Positions 26,311 through 38,920 of a stretch of DNA of 64,000 nucleotides are shown here, one piece after another. The stretch comes from the human T2T-CHM13v2.0 reference genome, Homo sapiens. The notes under the pieces were generated by a model. The model was not told where the DNA came from, did not search any database, and saw only the letters and a program-made list of their open reading frames with translations. Within the stretch, counting starts at the first letter, position 1. Every line of letters begins with the position of its first letter. The stretch lies in NCBI RefSeq assembly GCF_009914755.1, contig NC_060928.1; one strand, given 5' to 3'. The translations under genes and the position numbers were made by a program.

Positions 26311-26970
26311 ATTTTTTTTTTTTACTTTTTAAAAATAACCATTCTGATTGGTGTTAGATGGTATCTCATTGTGGTTTTCCACAAAGACCTAAAAACAGAA
26401 ATACCATTTAACCCAGCAATCCCATTACTGGATATATACCCAAAGGAATATAAATCATTCTATTATAAAGACACATGCACGCATATGTTCATTACAGCCC
26501 TATTCACAACAGCAAAGACATAGAATCAACCTAAATGCCCATCAGTGATAGACTGGATAAAGAAAATGTGGTATGTCTACACCATGGAATACTATACAGT
26601 CATAAAAAATAATGAGATCATGTCCTTTGCAAGGACATGGATCTGGAGACCATTATCCTTAGAACATTAACACAGGAATAGAAAATCAAACAGTGCATGT
26701 TCTCACCTCTAAGTGGCAGCTAAATGATAAGAACCCATGGTCACATAGAGGGGAACTATACACACTGAGGCCTTTCAGAGGGTGGGAGGCGGGAGAGGAT
26801 CAGAAAAAACAACTAATGGGTACTAGGCTTAATACCTGGGTAATGAAATAATCTGTACAATAAACCCTCATGACACAAGTTTACCTATATAACAAATCTG
26901 CACTTGTACCCCTAAACTGAAAATGAAAGGTGAAAATGTAAATAAATTAAAAAATTAAATTAAAAATTTA
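26311..26970 (+). mobile_element. 5'-truncated, 5'-inverted L1PA (about L1PA13-15) 3' end
   Basis: 26311-26378 antisense ORF2 piece (ccattctgattggtgttagatggtatctcattgtggtttt) joined to sense ORF2 end, 3'UTR and A-rich tail. Confidence 0.88.
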
Positions 26971-26989
26971 AATAACTAACAGGTAATAG

Positions 26990-27283
26990 GAAGATACTTG
27001 TCAACCAGTACAAAGTTTCAGTTAGACCAGAGGAATAAGTTCTGGGGTTCTATTACACAGCAAGGTGAGTATAGTTAATAATAATGTATTATATATTCCA
27101 AAAGAGCTAAAAGAGAAGATTTTATGTGTTCTTACCACAAATAAATGATAAATAAGTGAGGTGATGGATATGCTAATTATCCTGGTTTGATAATTTCATG
27201 ATGTATACATGTATTGACACATCACATTGTACCCCATAAATCTACACAATTATTATTTGTCAGTTAAAAAATCTGAAAAAATA
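26990..27283 (+). mobile_element. L1MA 3' end
   Basis: tacaaagtttcagttaga...gaggaataagttct...catcacattgtaccccataaat. Confidence 0.85.
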
Positions 27284-28177
27284 ATGTATTATGGTTTTTC
27301 TCTCTTGGTAAAATCTTGGTTAAATCTAAAAAGTAAATAGTTTCATTCTAAACCTGCTCAATATTAAGGAATGTTCAATTTGGATTTTCAAAAAAATGGG
27401 CATCCAGGATAATATTAACTAACAATCTACATATGAAGTTAAATACTTGAGAATATTTTATGAGACCGTTCTTCATTAATAATGTTAGTCTGAGAGAAGT
27501 CCAGAAGCACCACATCTTTTATTCCTCATGTAAAATTCTCACTAATTTGTGCCAAATAGCAAATACATAATGAAGATTCCTCCCCATCCCCCAGTGTTTG
27601 GCATACAATTTAAGAGAAAAGTCCAAAACAGGCCTTCCTTTATTTTTTGCATATACATCCAGACTCATAGGCATCTCAAAGAACACTACATAAACCAATA
27701 AAATTTAAAACAATAAACCTGAAAAGATATAAAATATGCTTTTCATCCTTCAAAGGAATCTAAATTCATTTAGAGGAAACATGAATCAGGCTAGAGAATA
27801 CTTGGGATGACAAATACTTGGTGACACATGGGAGCATTTCTCAGTTCGCTACCATGATTGAACTAACAAATGAGATACTTAGCAGAGTGGAACAAAATTA
27901 ATGTAAACTTTATAATATAATGGATAAAGAATATTTTTATTGATATGATAATATCAAAATGCATTTGCTTATTATTGTAAACTAAGAAAGGCAGATTTAT
28001 ATTAGAAATTTGTCCAAGGTATCTAGAAACCTAGCCGTGGTAGGGGGACATTCTCTTAATGGAATATGAATTCACTTATACTTTTAAAAAATACATATAT
28101 GTAGTTTGACGGGAAATGTCTGAAGAAAGAGAAATTTCAATATCACAAACATTCGTTTTTCTATCTTCTCACCATAG

Positions 28178-28237
28178 CAACTTGACAAAACACCTGCCCT
28201 GTTTTCAATCATGATTTTTTTGCTCTGTGAAAGTGAG
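28178..28237 (+). other. Candidate 60-nt exon (open in phase 0: QLDKTPALFSIMIFLLCESE)
   Basis: Acceptor tttttctatcttctcaccatag| and donor GAG|gtaaga in non-repeat DNA. Confidence 0.3.
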
Positions 28238-28967
28238 GTAAGAGAGCTTTAGCAAATCATGTGGAGATTGCTTTTTATCTGCAGGGATTGGGATGAAAGA
28301 CCACTGTAACAGCTCATTTTTATGAGCATACACGGTCTTTTAAGCAAGCACCCGTTTTCACTTCTTTGCCTTCTAATTTGGATCATTTCACAGCACTCAA
28401 AGAGTTACCTGTGTAAGCCTTCCCTTACCTAGAAATGGTTGCCACTAATGTCATGAATAGGCCAATAGTCTCCTATAGCCTACAACAAACACCCCACCTC
28501 TAAGGAAATGAATTACCCCCAAATTAGTGCAATGTTTTCATTTTTATTCTTTTTATATTTCCACCATCTGAGAAAAACTGGCCTTTAAAATACCTTGAAC
28601 TTGACTGTTTGAAGGAAAATCTGAGCCTGCAATTGTTCTACACAGCTTTTTCCAAATAAAATTATCTTTCATCGTGGAAATTTATTACTGTGAAACTTTT
28701 ATCATTATATTACTAGCAAAAGAAAATAATTTGCTACTTACTGAAAGGCAAAACTCATCAAATTATGTCAAGATGGACTCAGGTCTCCTATAAAAAACCA
28801 CTAAGGGTTTCAGGTTAGGTGCCTGAAACTGTTAGTGGTAATTTTAGGTAACACTTAGGTAATTTTCACTTTAGAATATTAACATCTATGTATGTGTCAT
28901 GGGACCCATTTTATATTAAAGAGAGTTTGCTGGGTCATCAATATCAACAGCACATATTAAGAACTAC

Positions 28968-30990
28968 AGAGGAGAGAGGATTCTGGGAAGATGGCAGGGG
29001 AGGTGGTGTAGTTATTTAATTTCTCCAAATCCCCACATAAAAAAGAGCATTTAAATAACAAAACCAATAAACCAGGGTCAGCATTTAAAACAAACTAGAT
29101 GGATAGTTAATTCATGAACCCCAGAATACGTGGGGTGCAGACAAAGGGCCAATAGACTTTAAAATGCATGATATCTCTATATCTGCAGGAGGAAGAAGAA
29201 GAAAGCAACAGGGTGGGGTCTTCGGGGACTGAGAGCAGGAGAAAGTTAAAATCATCAGTGGAGCTCACTGGAAAGCAGGGACCGGTAAGGGCAAAGCCGA
29301 TGAAACTGCGGTGAGTTTGTGAGTGCCACCCTTCCCTGACAGGAGGACCAAACAATCTGGAACCAAAAACACCTGTTAAATCTCAGAACTCACCTACCAG
29401 GCCTCCCCTCCCAAAGAGGAATGCACATTAAAGAAAAATAGCTGGGAGGGAATCAAAATTCAACAAGATAGAGAAAACAAAAAGAAAGGGCGGGGTGGGG
29501 GGAAAGCCCAGACCAAATCTCAGAAAGCACCTTCCCCAATTTTTAAACACAACATAAGACAACAGAAGAAGCTCTGTAGGTTCCATAAGCTTTCCTAAAC
29601 CCCACCTTAGGAAAATCCACTTCACATAAACATGAGCAACAGAAAACAATTAAGGCCATATTTCTCAAGGGGTTATAATAACAAAAAAGGGAAAAAAGTA
29701 AAATAATGTACATGTAGATAATAAAAGCATGCCAAAAAGTATACCCACAAAACAGAACAAAACTGTAACCTACTGTTTCAAAACTAGCTAAGAAACATTA
29801 AGAAAATGTTACAATACATAAAAGAATAACATAAATTAGAACTAGAAAAGCTTAAAAGTAATATCCCAAAATTTTGGAAATAATTAAAAATTAGAGAAAA
29901 ATTCCAAAAATAAAAAATAAACTAGAAATAACACAATAGAGAATAAACACAACAGATGATGTTTTGGTAAAAGATGAAAAGAGAGTAACTTTAAAAATCA
30001 AAAAGTAATGAAGGAAAAGAAAAAAGGATTCAGAAAACAGCAAAAACTTTGAAGACAGGCAAAAAAGTTTGAGCATATGGATAACAGCAGATGAAAGCCA
30101 AAATAAAGAAACAGAACAATTACTAAATCCAGTAATCCCAGAATATTTTCATGAAGTAAAAGATTTTAAATTGCATATTGACATTGTACACATTAAAGAA
30201 TCTCAACCCATAACAACTAACACAAATACATATTCCAGTAAAGTTACATGATGTTTCTTATAAAAGAAAGAAAGAAGGAAAAAAATCTTTGGGCACCTAG
30301 AAAATAAAGAGCATATGACTTACAAAGAAAAGAAAATTATATTATCATCAGACTTTTCAACTGTAATACTTTGTGCCAGAAGAAAATGCAGTAACATATT
30401 AAGATATTCAAGATAATGCAATTGTGTGCCAAGGATTTTTTTTTTTATCCAACCAAAGAGATTTTCAAGTTCAAAGGACATAGGCAAACTCTTATTAGTA
30501 TGCAAGAACTATAGAAATGTTGTTCCCATGAGCCCTTACTAAGGAATCTATAAGAAAACAACCTTTAGACAAGCAAAGTGACTAGAGAGACATTGACATA
30601 AGGACTGCGGGTACATAAATATATAGTTACTTGTGGCACTGAGACTAAATAAAGGCCAAGGGGGAGAGAAAATAGTGTGAAATGACTATATCCTCAGGCA
30701 ATGTAGGTATAGAACAACTCTAAAAAACAGAGAATAGAGAGAACAAAAGCACTACAATGCTAACAGTTTCAGAAATCAAATTGGTGGTTGTATTAGCACT
30801 GCTACTCTGAGACTATTGAATGTGCAGTATTTGATAAAATAAATGAGCAATGATAAAATTTTCTATCATTGCCCATGCCCATGAGAACCAGTATTTTCAG
30901 TAAGAAATAAAGGAGACACAGATGCAATAAAAAAGAGGTTAAGGAAATGCCCTGTAGTTTTGAATTTGAGTAGGACACATCAATCTGAAC
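28968..30990 (+). mobile_element. HAL1 (half-L1, ORF1-only LINE) relic
   Basis: 5' ttctgggaagatggc start; A-rich decayed ORF1 including tcatcagacttttca...gccagaagaaaatg and atgcaagaact...gttcccatgagccctt; no ORF2 follows. Confidence 0.7.
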
Positions 30991-31459
30991 TTAAGGTAGA
31001 TGGTCATCAGTGCAAGAGAGAAAAACATGAGTGAGGAATATGAAATGAAGAGAGGATTACTATTTTAAATAGGAGGGCCTAGGAAGATGACTCTTAAAGA
31101 GAGCTGAATGATGTGAGGATGTGAGCCATTTCATATCTGGTGCAAAGCAATCTCAGGTGAAGAGATCCACAGGTAAACCATACTGAAGCACAATGTTGGT
31201 ACATTTGTCCTGGGAATTTCTGTTCCCTTTTAGTGTGCCCAAAAGTATAAAAGTTCAGAATTCACATGGAAAAAATTCATTCTTATAATGTGATTGACAA
31301 GATACATAGAAAAATCTCCCCAGAAAGTTATGAAAACTTTTTCTTCCTATTCTTTCTATTGTTCCCTTGTATTCTAGAAGGAAAGTTCTAAGAAGGATCC
31401 CAGTCTTTGCTGCCTCCCTTGGTAGACAGTGGATACTAACAGAGATAATGTGAAGCAAA

Positions 31460-31690
31460 CACAATGGTGAACTCTGGAACCAGGGTCCCAATTATGCCAC
31501 CTATCGTTTTTATGATCATTGTCAGGATGCCTGCCTTCACTGAACCTCAATTTCCTCATCTATGCACTACTGGAAATAATAGCATTTGCCTCATAGAGTT
31601 CTTATAAGGACCAAATGAAATACCACATGTAAAGAACTTAGAATAGTACTTGGCTTATATAAGACCTCAATAAATATTATCTATTCTTAG
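31460..31690 (+). mobile_element. MIR
   Basis: ctgaacctcaatttcctcatctat...atgtaaagaacttagaatagtacttggc...ctcaataaatatt. Confidence 0.8.
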
Positions 31691-32077
31691 TTTATGAATT
31701 ATCATTGGATACAGAACCTTCTATCTCAATGTGATGTGGGTTAGAAAATGACAGATCATATCCCAGTTCTAAAATGTACCAGTCATGTTCCTCAGTCAAG
31801 CTCCTTAAATTTGCCGAAATTCTTTCCTTCACTTATAAAGTAGAGATAACAACTATATTCCTAGAACTAATATGAAGGTTCGGTAAATTTTAGTTGAATG
31901 TGAATACTTATCTCATCGCTTAATACATATTACCATAAATGCTTCCAAAACAAATATTTAATACACAAATATATACATATACCATATCCATCATAAGAAA
32001 ATTAAGTTATCCTTCTTTCTATGTTCCTGAAAAAAACAGTAGATGGTACTTTCCCATCCAAAATTAAAATTCCAAGA

Positions 32078-32187
32078 GTGCCTGACTTGGAAGTACATAT
32101 TGGAATAAAAATTGGAACAACTTGATGAAGATTAGCATGACCCTACACAAGAATGACATGGAAATACATCAAGTGTTCTCTGTTTTT
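32078..32187 (+). pseudogene. Full-length degenerate U6 snRNA retropseudogene
   Basis: gtgcctgacttggaagtacatat..aaaattggaacaa..gaagattagcatgaccctacacaagaatgacatggaaat..aagtgttctctgttttt aligns end to end with U6 (GTGCTCGCTTCGGCAGCACATAT...AAGCGTTCCATATTTTT). Confidence 0.9.
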
Positions 32188-32264
32188 AAAACTCTTTGAA
32201 CTGTACACTTACAATGGAGAATTTTTATTGTGGAAATTATTACTCAACAAACATGTTTTCAAAA
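32188..32264 (+). mobile_element. Old L1 (L1MB-ME type) extreme 3' end fused directly to U6
   Basis: aaaactctttgaactgtacacttacaatgg...ttttattgtggaaattattactcaacaaa resembles the L1M terminal motif gaactgtacacttaaaatgg...tgtaaattatacctcaataaa. Confidence 0.75.
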
Positions 32265-32458
32265 TGTATAACTTACTAGAACCTGAGAAAAACTTTTCTT
32301 TTTATTGATTTTCCAAACTGAGGACTTTTCCTTAGGCCTATTACCTACTCCCCAAAATCTCCACAATTTTTTAAAGATGCTATACATGTAATTATGGGCA
32401 TGTATTCTTCTTTAAGAATACACTCTGAGTAACGTAAGCAGTGAAGATCTGTGTCTAA

Positions 32459-32798
<340 letters not shown>

Positions 32799-33006
32799 TG
32801 AAGATGCAATCTTTAGTGGTTGCTTGACTGATAAGGTACAAGGGGAATTGGAAATCTTTCTTTTCTATTGCCTTCCTGAGCTGCACATAAACAGGTAAGC
32901 TAGATTCCACCTACCATGTTTCTTACTAGTGTAAATAAGTTAATAATTTGTACTTTAAGGTTCACCCAACTAAGATTATTTATTATCTTTTAAACCTTAC
33001 TCCTAT

Positions 33007-34830
33007 TGTGTCCAGAATTGGTGAGTTCTTGGTCTCACTGACTTCAAGAATGAAGCCGCGGACCCTCACGGTGAGTGTTATAGTTCTTAAAGATGGTGTG
33101 TCCAGTTTGTTCCTTCTGATGTTCAGACGTGTTCTGAGTTTCTTCCTTCTGGTAGGTTCATGGTCTTGCTGGCTTCAGGAGTGAAGCTGCAGACCTTCGC
33201 AGTGAGCATTACAGCTCTCAAGGCGGCGCACCTGGAGTTGTTCGTTCCTCCAGTCCGGAGTTGTTCATTCCTCCAGGTGCGTTCGTGGTCTCGCTGGCCT
33301 CAGGAGTGAAGCTGCAGACTTTCGTGGTGAGTGTTACACCTCATAAAGGCAGTGTGGACCCAAAGAGTGAGCAGCAGCAGATTTATTGCAAAGAGTGAAA
33401 GAACAAAGGGCACCTGAGCAGGTTGCGTCTGCTGGCTCAGGCAGCCTGCTTTTATTCCCTTATCTGACCCCACCCACATCCTGCTGATTGGTCCATTTTA
33501 CAGAAAGCTGATTGGTTCATTTTGACAGGGTGCTGATTGGTGTGTTTACAAACCTTGAGCTAGACACAGAGTGCTGATTGGTGCATTTACAATCCTCTAG
33601 CTAGACATAAAAGTTCTCCAAGTCCTCACCAGATTAGCTAGATACAGAGTGCTGATTGGTGCATCCACAAACCCCAAGCTAGACACAGAGTGCTGATTGG
33701 TGCATTTACCATCCCTGAGCTAGACACAGAGTGCTGATTGGTGTATTTACAATCCCTTAGCTAGACATAAAAGTTCTCCAAGTCCTCATTAGATTAGCTA
33801 GACACAGAGCACTGATTGGTGCATTTACAAACCTTGAGCTAGACACAGAGTGCTGATTGGTGCATTTACAATCCTTGAGCTAGATACAGAGTGCTGATTG
33901 GTGCATTTTCAATCCTCTAGCTAGACACAAAAGTTCTCCAAGTCCCCACTAGATAAGCTAGACACAGAACACTGATTGGTGTGTTTACAAACCTTGAGCT
34001 AGACACAGAGTGCTGATTAGTGTATTTACAATCCCTTAGCTAGACATAAAGGTTCTCCAAGTCCCCACCAGATTAGCTAGATACAGAGTGCTGATTGGTG
34101 CATTTACAAACCTTGAACTAGACACAGAGTGCTGATTGATGTGTATACAATCCTCCAGCTAGACATAAAAGTTCTCCAAGTCGCCACTAGACTCAGGAGC
34201 CCAGCTGGCTTCACCTAGTGGATCCCGCACCAAGGCCACAGGCAGAGCTGCCCACCAGTCCCGCGCCGTGTGCCTGCGCCCCTCAGCCCTTGGGTGGTCA
34301 ATGGGACCAGGTGCTGCGGAGCAGGGGGTGGTGTTCATTGGGGAGGCTCGGGCTGCACAGGAGCCCATGGCAGAGGGGAGGCTTGGGCGTGGCAGGCTGC
34401 AGGTCCTGAGCCCTGCCCTGCGGGGAGGCAGCTGAGGCCTGGCTAGAATTCAAGCACAGCGCCAGCGGGCCAGCACTGCTGGCAGACCTGGCGCACCCTC
34501 CACAGCTGCTGGCCCAGGTACTAAGCCCCTCACTGCCCGGGGCTGGCCGTGCCAGCCAGCTGCTCAAGTGTGGGGCCCGCAGAGCCCACACCCACTGGGA
34601 ACTTGCACTGGTCCACAAGCACCAGGGCGCAGCCCCAGTTCCCGCCCACGCCTCTCCCTCCACACCTCCCCACAAGCAGAGGGAGCCAGCTCCGGCCTCG
34701 GCCAACCCAGAGAGGGGCTCCCACAGTGCAGCAGCGGGCTGAAGGGCTCCTCAAGCGCAGCCAGAGTGGGCGCTCAGGCCAAGGAGGCAGCGAGAGCAAG
34801 CGAGGGCTGCCAGCACATTGTCACCTGTCA
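33007..34830 (-). mobile_element. Solo LTR12 (ERV9 LTR, LTR12C/D/E type), 1824 bp
   Basis: tg...ca termini with 4-bp TSD ctat (33003-33006, 34831-34834); U5 repeats, CCAAT tandem array, GC-rich U3. Confidence 0.95.
33445..34180 (-). promoter_or_regulatory. LTR12 enhancer/promoter: tandem CCAAT (NF-Y) array and AATAAA box, oriented leftward
   Basis: 12 intact ctgattgg plus 2 degenerate copies; cttttattccc near 33450 is the ERV9 TATA-equivalent on the minus strand. Confidence 0.75.
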
Positions 34831-34919
34831 CTATTATTTAAAAAATGAGCCACTGGGCACATTTTCATGAAGAAATAAATTAAGTACAAAAGCCTGAAAC
34901 CACTTTGTTCAACTTAGTA

Positions 34920-36196
34920 AAGGCAGTTCTTATTTTGTACTGTTATTTCAGTTACCATGGTTTAGTTAAATAACACTAGACTCCCGACAATATGGTTCAA
35001 ATTTCAGTTACCAGGGTACATTAACTGTGAGTGACTGCAAAGAACAAAGTTTGCTGCTACCTCTTCAATTAACACATCACTATACAAATAGAAAGTGCAC
35101 ATCATGATCAGTGACAAGTCACGTCACTTCTTTTCAAAGTCTATTAGTGTCTGGTCCCTGTACATTTGTTACTCACGCATAGACAACAAAACATGTAGCT
35201 GTTATGCCTCCTTATCTCCTGGTGATACAGAGATGCTTTAGGTAGAATAATTTAATTTTTAAAATATTACTACTAGTAGATAATACTCCAGTTGATTCTG
35301 CTGGGTACATGAATGAAAATATAAAACTATGCTTTTTACCACCGAACGATTTCATTAATCCAGCCACTGAACCAATAAGTTATTTCAACTTTTGAAAAGC
35401 ATATTTTCTTAGATGGATTTCTCAGACAGGCTACTGATGCTACAACTGAAGAACATGCCATTTCTTTAGCTGAGTTTGGGAAGAAATATAACATAGCATG
35501 CAACTGAGAATATCCAAACATCATGGCAAGTAGTAAAATGCATGCATCATGGCAGAAACTTTATGGCACTGTGCAAATAACTGCAGGATTTGAATTGTCT
35601 GTAAATAGAGGAATGAACGAAATAGCTGACCATGGAATGTTGACAATGATGCTACCAGAGAGACTCCAGGTACACAGTCAGAAGAACTTACTGAAGGGAA
35701 ACCTACCAGAATAAGAAGTGACACTGTCAAATAAACTCCATATTAAAGAAACTCTCTAGATATTTCATGACATTGAAAATGCAAAGGATGAAGCCTTAAA
35801 ACCTGATGCAATCTTAGAAAACCGTATAAAAATTTATCAAGCCATAGAAAAAAAATACTCACTTCATATCAAAATTCACATGACACAAAGAAGGCAAGCA
35901 CTGGTAAACTATTCTTGACAAGATTTTTTTTTTACAAAGAAACAAAACACTTTAATGTTCTATATTTCTAATTTTTAAATTACACTGCCACTGAATCAAT
36001 ATTGGTTTCAATATTCTGTTCATTTTTCTGCATGTTTATAACCAAATGAGAGTCCTCAATATTTTTGCAAAAATACTTGTAAAGTTTATGGAACAATCAT
36101 ATCTTTCCACTGATTATTAAGGTCACTTTTCATGGTTTTAGCTTGCACAATCATATTTTATGGCCCCTCACTACTGTGCAAAGTGAGGACTAACTG
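34920..36196 (+). mobile_element. Tigger6-like (TcMar-Tigger) element with transposase remnant
   Basis: TIRs aggcagttcttattttgtac / gtgcaaagtgaggactaactg; 35255-35395 decodes (with frameshift and stop) to FKILLLVDNTP..IKLCFLPPN..LIQPLNQ*VISTF, a pogo-type DDE motif. Confidence 0.85.
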
Positions 36197-37327
36197 TGTA
36201 TTCTTCAAGTACTTGGTATTCAGGAGCAAATATTTATATTCAGGACTGATATCATCTACACAAAACTAAGTTTAAGTGTCATCAAGATACTAAAGCATTT
36301 TCATCAATTTTGGAAGTCTAGAAAAGTAATTAATAGAGCAGTATGACCTAACATGGAAATATGTTCTGCTGAAGGAACTCTTGGTCTTTCACCAAAAGCC
36401 TTATTCTGAATTTCACCAAAGAGGGTTGACTAAATAAGCTTTCCCAGATTTCACTACAGGGCATTTGATATGCACTTTGTGCTCACTACTACACCGCAAA
36501 TTTAATTGGAGCCTTTTTTGTTTTTCTTCTCTACCCAGTGGCTCTAATTTAGCTACCATAACGTGTTAGTGTGCATTAATACTGTTTCTATTTACTTGCT
36601 AGGTTTATTCCTATTTAGTTAAGTGAGAACAATCCTCTCCAGGAGCATTTCACATTTCTTTGATATTTAAATTCTACAATGTTCTGATAAAAATGATGAG
36701 TAGATGTGGTCCTACTTCACAGGAACAAAAAAGTTGGAGTTAGCAGAGTTTAAATGAAATCAGGAGGCTTTTTAAATAGATTAAAGGAAGAATTTGAAAA
36801 CAGTAGTATTTTAAACTTTGGAGAAAGTTATAAAATAAATATCGCTGAAAATGTTTAAAGAAAAGTTTCTGAAAACACATTTATTTGTTGATCAATGAGT
36901 TTGTAAGCACCTGTTCAGTATCAAGTATCATTTAGAAATTTCTCTTGGTATTAAGCTCTCTCTTCTAAAAACTAACGGGTAGTTCAAATGCAACAATTTT
37001 AAGGTAGAACTAGCAATATGATTTTAAATTTTAATTGCCTTTTACATTTCAAGCATTCTGGTTTTACTTCCTCACATTAACTAAAAATAGTTTGCTCATT
37101 TCCATGGCTAAATGTGGAGACCACTAGGATTAACAAGAATATATTCCCATATGTTCTAAGGGGAGGAAAAAATCACTTCTTTAATCTCCTTCAGCCACTT
37201 AAACCTGTTTTTTATGCTGGACCAGAGTAGGACCTGAGTCTCCAGACTCTATAGATGGACAACTGTTACTAACACAAACCAGTTAGAATAATAATCAAAA
37301 GTGAAAAATAATTAGTACTGTTACTGG

Positions 37328-37378
37328 GGTGTGTTCGTGTGTGTGTGTGTGTGTGTACGTGTGGGTGTGTTTGTATGT
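37328..37378. repeat. Imperfect (TG)n microsatellite
   Basis: Interrupted TG run. Confidence 0.9.
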
Positions 37379-38459
37379 TTGGGGGGTAGGACTGCAAACA
37401 ACTGATTACATCACTGAATTCATCAGTATTACGATGTAACTGTGTTGATTTTTGTTGCTGCTCTTTTTATGAGGAGGTATCAGATAATTTGTTGAAAATT
37501 GTTTTCTTCAGTGATGCTGGAAAAATTGATGAAAAGTAAAAAATCCAAACAGATATATGTGGCTTTGATTTGTAACAGAGTATGAAAATGATGTATGTGT
37601 TCTTGAACAAACATGTGACCTGATTTGATTTAATTTATTGGTTCTTTTACTTTTAAACTCAGCGCTTATATAAATATGTTTTAGATTCCAAACTCAAGAT
37701 GCAGGAAAATTATTTTTATTATGTATCTATCTGCCAACATCCAAAAGGAGCTGAGACAATTATTTTTAAAATTAATATCTGTATCATATCAACTACAATT
37801 TGAACCAATATTCATATGAACTTATCTGAACTACCTTGAATCAAGGATGATCTATAAATATTTGCCATTAGTGAAGTAATAAGAAACAGTACAATACCTT
37901 TTATTTGTACTTTCATTTAAATTAAATAAGTAAACTGATTCTGTGATTTTATGTACATTAGAATCACTAGTGGCACAACAGATGTACTAAATGAGAATGT
38001 CTAGAAGCAAGATCTGGGCATAGATACTTTGACAAAACTCCACAGAGTTGATTCTGATGTGTGGCAAAACTTGGGAATTTCTGTTCAAATGTCTAACATT
38101 CCAAAAACATTAGGCAGAATAAAACTGAAGTAAATGACATGGGCTCACTCTCAAGAAGTTTAGAATTTTACTGGAGAAAAAGATCTTAAAACATAAAAGT
38201 TTACCAGGCCATATGAAAACATATAAATACGCTATATTGACTCACTGAGAGATACATTTTAAAGCCATTAAAAATAACACTCAATGAAATAAATTTCTTC
38301 ATAATCACTTTTGATAACTTTTTCTTATTAAGAAATGATCATTAAAATATGTAAATAGACTAAAAACCAATAAACAAATAAATTACACTGGAAATAAAGA
38401 ATGTTAATGTGTTGCCCCTTCAGTTCAGCATTTCTAGAAATACATTTGTGGTGGTTTGG

Positions 38460-38920
38460 TTTGTTTGCGAAATTTGTCTCAACATGATATTATTATATCA
38501 AGAAATATGATAGTATTAATTAGTCTTCAAAATCATGGTTTTTAAACAGTGCATTTATCCATCATATGAAAGAAACAATTTATTGAACTGTTTTCATACT
38601 GGTACTCACTTATATTTCTATGCTTTAGTATTGTAAATAACACTATAATAATTTTTTTATGAATATTTGTACATATCTGATTATTTCCTCATAACACTTT
38701 TTGAATGGGTTGAATCAAATAATATATGCTATATGCTGCAAAATTGTCTTCTAAATATTTTGCCAATTTACACTCATATTAGCAGTGTTTATGAATGGCA
38801 ACATTGGCTATTATATTTTATATATCACTGACAATGTGAAAGGACGGAATGTAATTTAATTGATAATTTAGTATGCATTTTTTTCTTGCTGATGATGATT
38901 AATCCCTTTTTTATGGATTT
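38460..38920 (-). mobile_element. Old L1 (L1ME-like) fragment
   Basis: tgaatatttgtacatatct..attatttcct..ccaatttacactc..agcagtgt antisense ORF2-end motifs. Confidence 0.55.

Noticed and set aside
32078-32187. Functional U6 gene
   Set aside because: ACAGAGA box is destroyed, many substitutions, no recognisable upstream PSE/TATA; retrocopy only.
33530-34185. Regularly spaced repeats resembling a CRISPR array
   Set aside because: Spacers are not unique, no cas genes, eukaryotic context; this is the ERV9 LTR enhancer repeat.
34159-34870. GC-rich overlapping ORFs and apparent CpG island
   Set aside because: U3 region of LTR12; overlapping ORFs reflect GC content.
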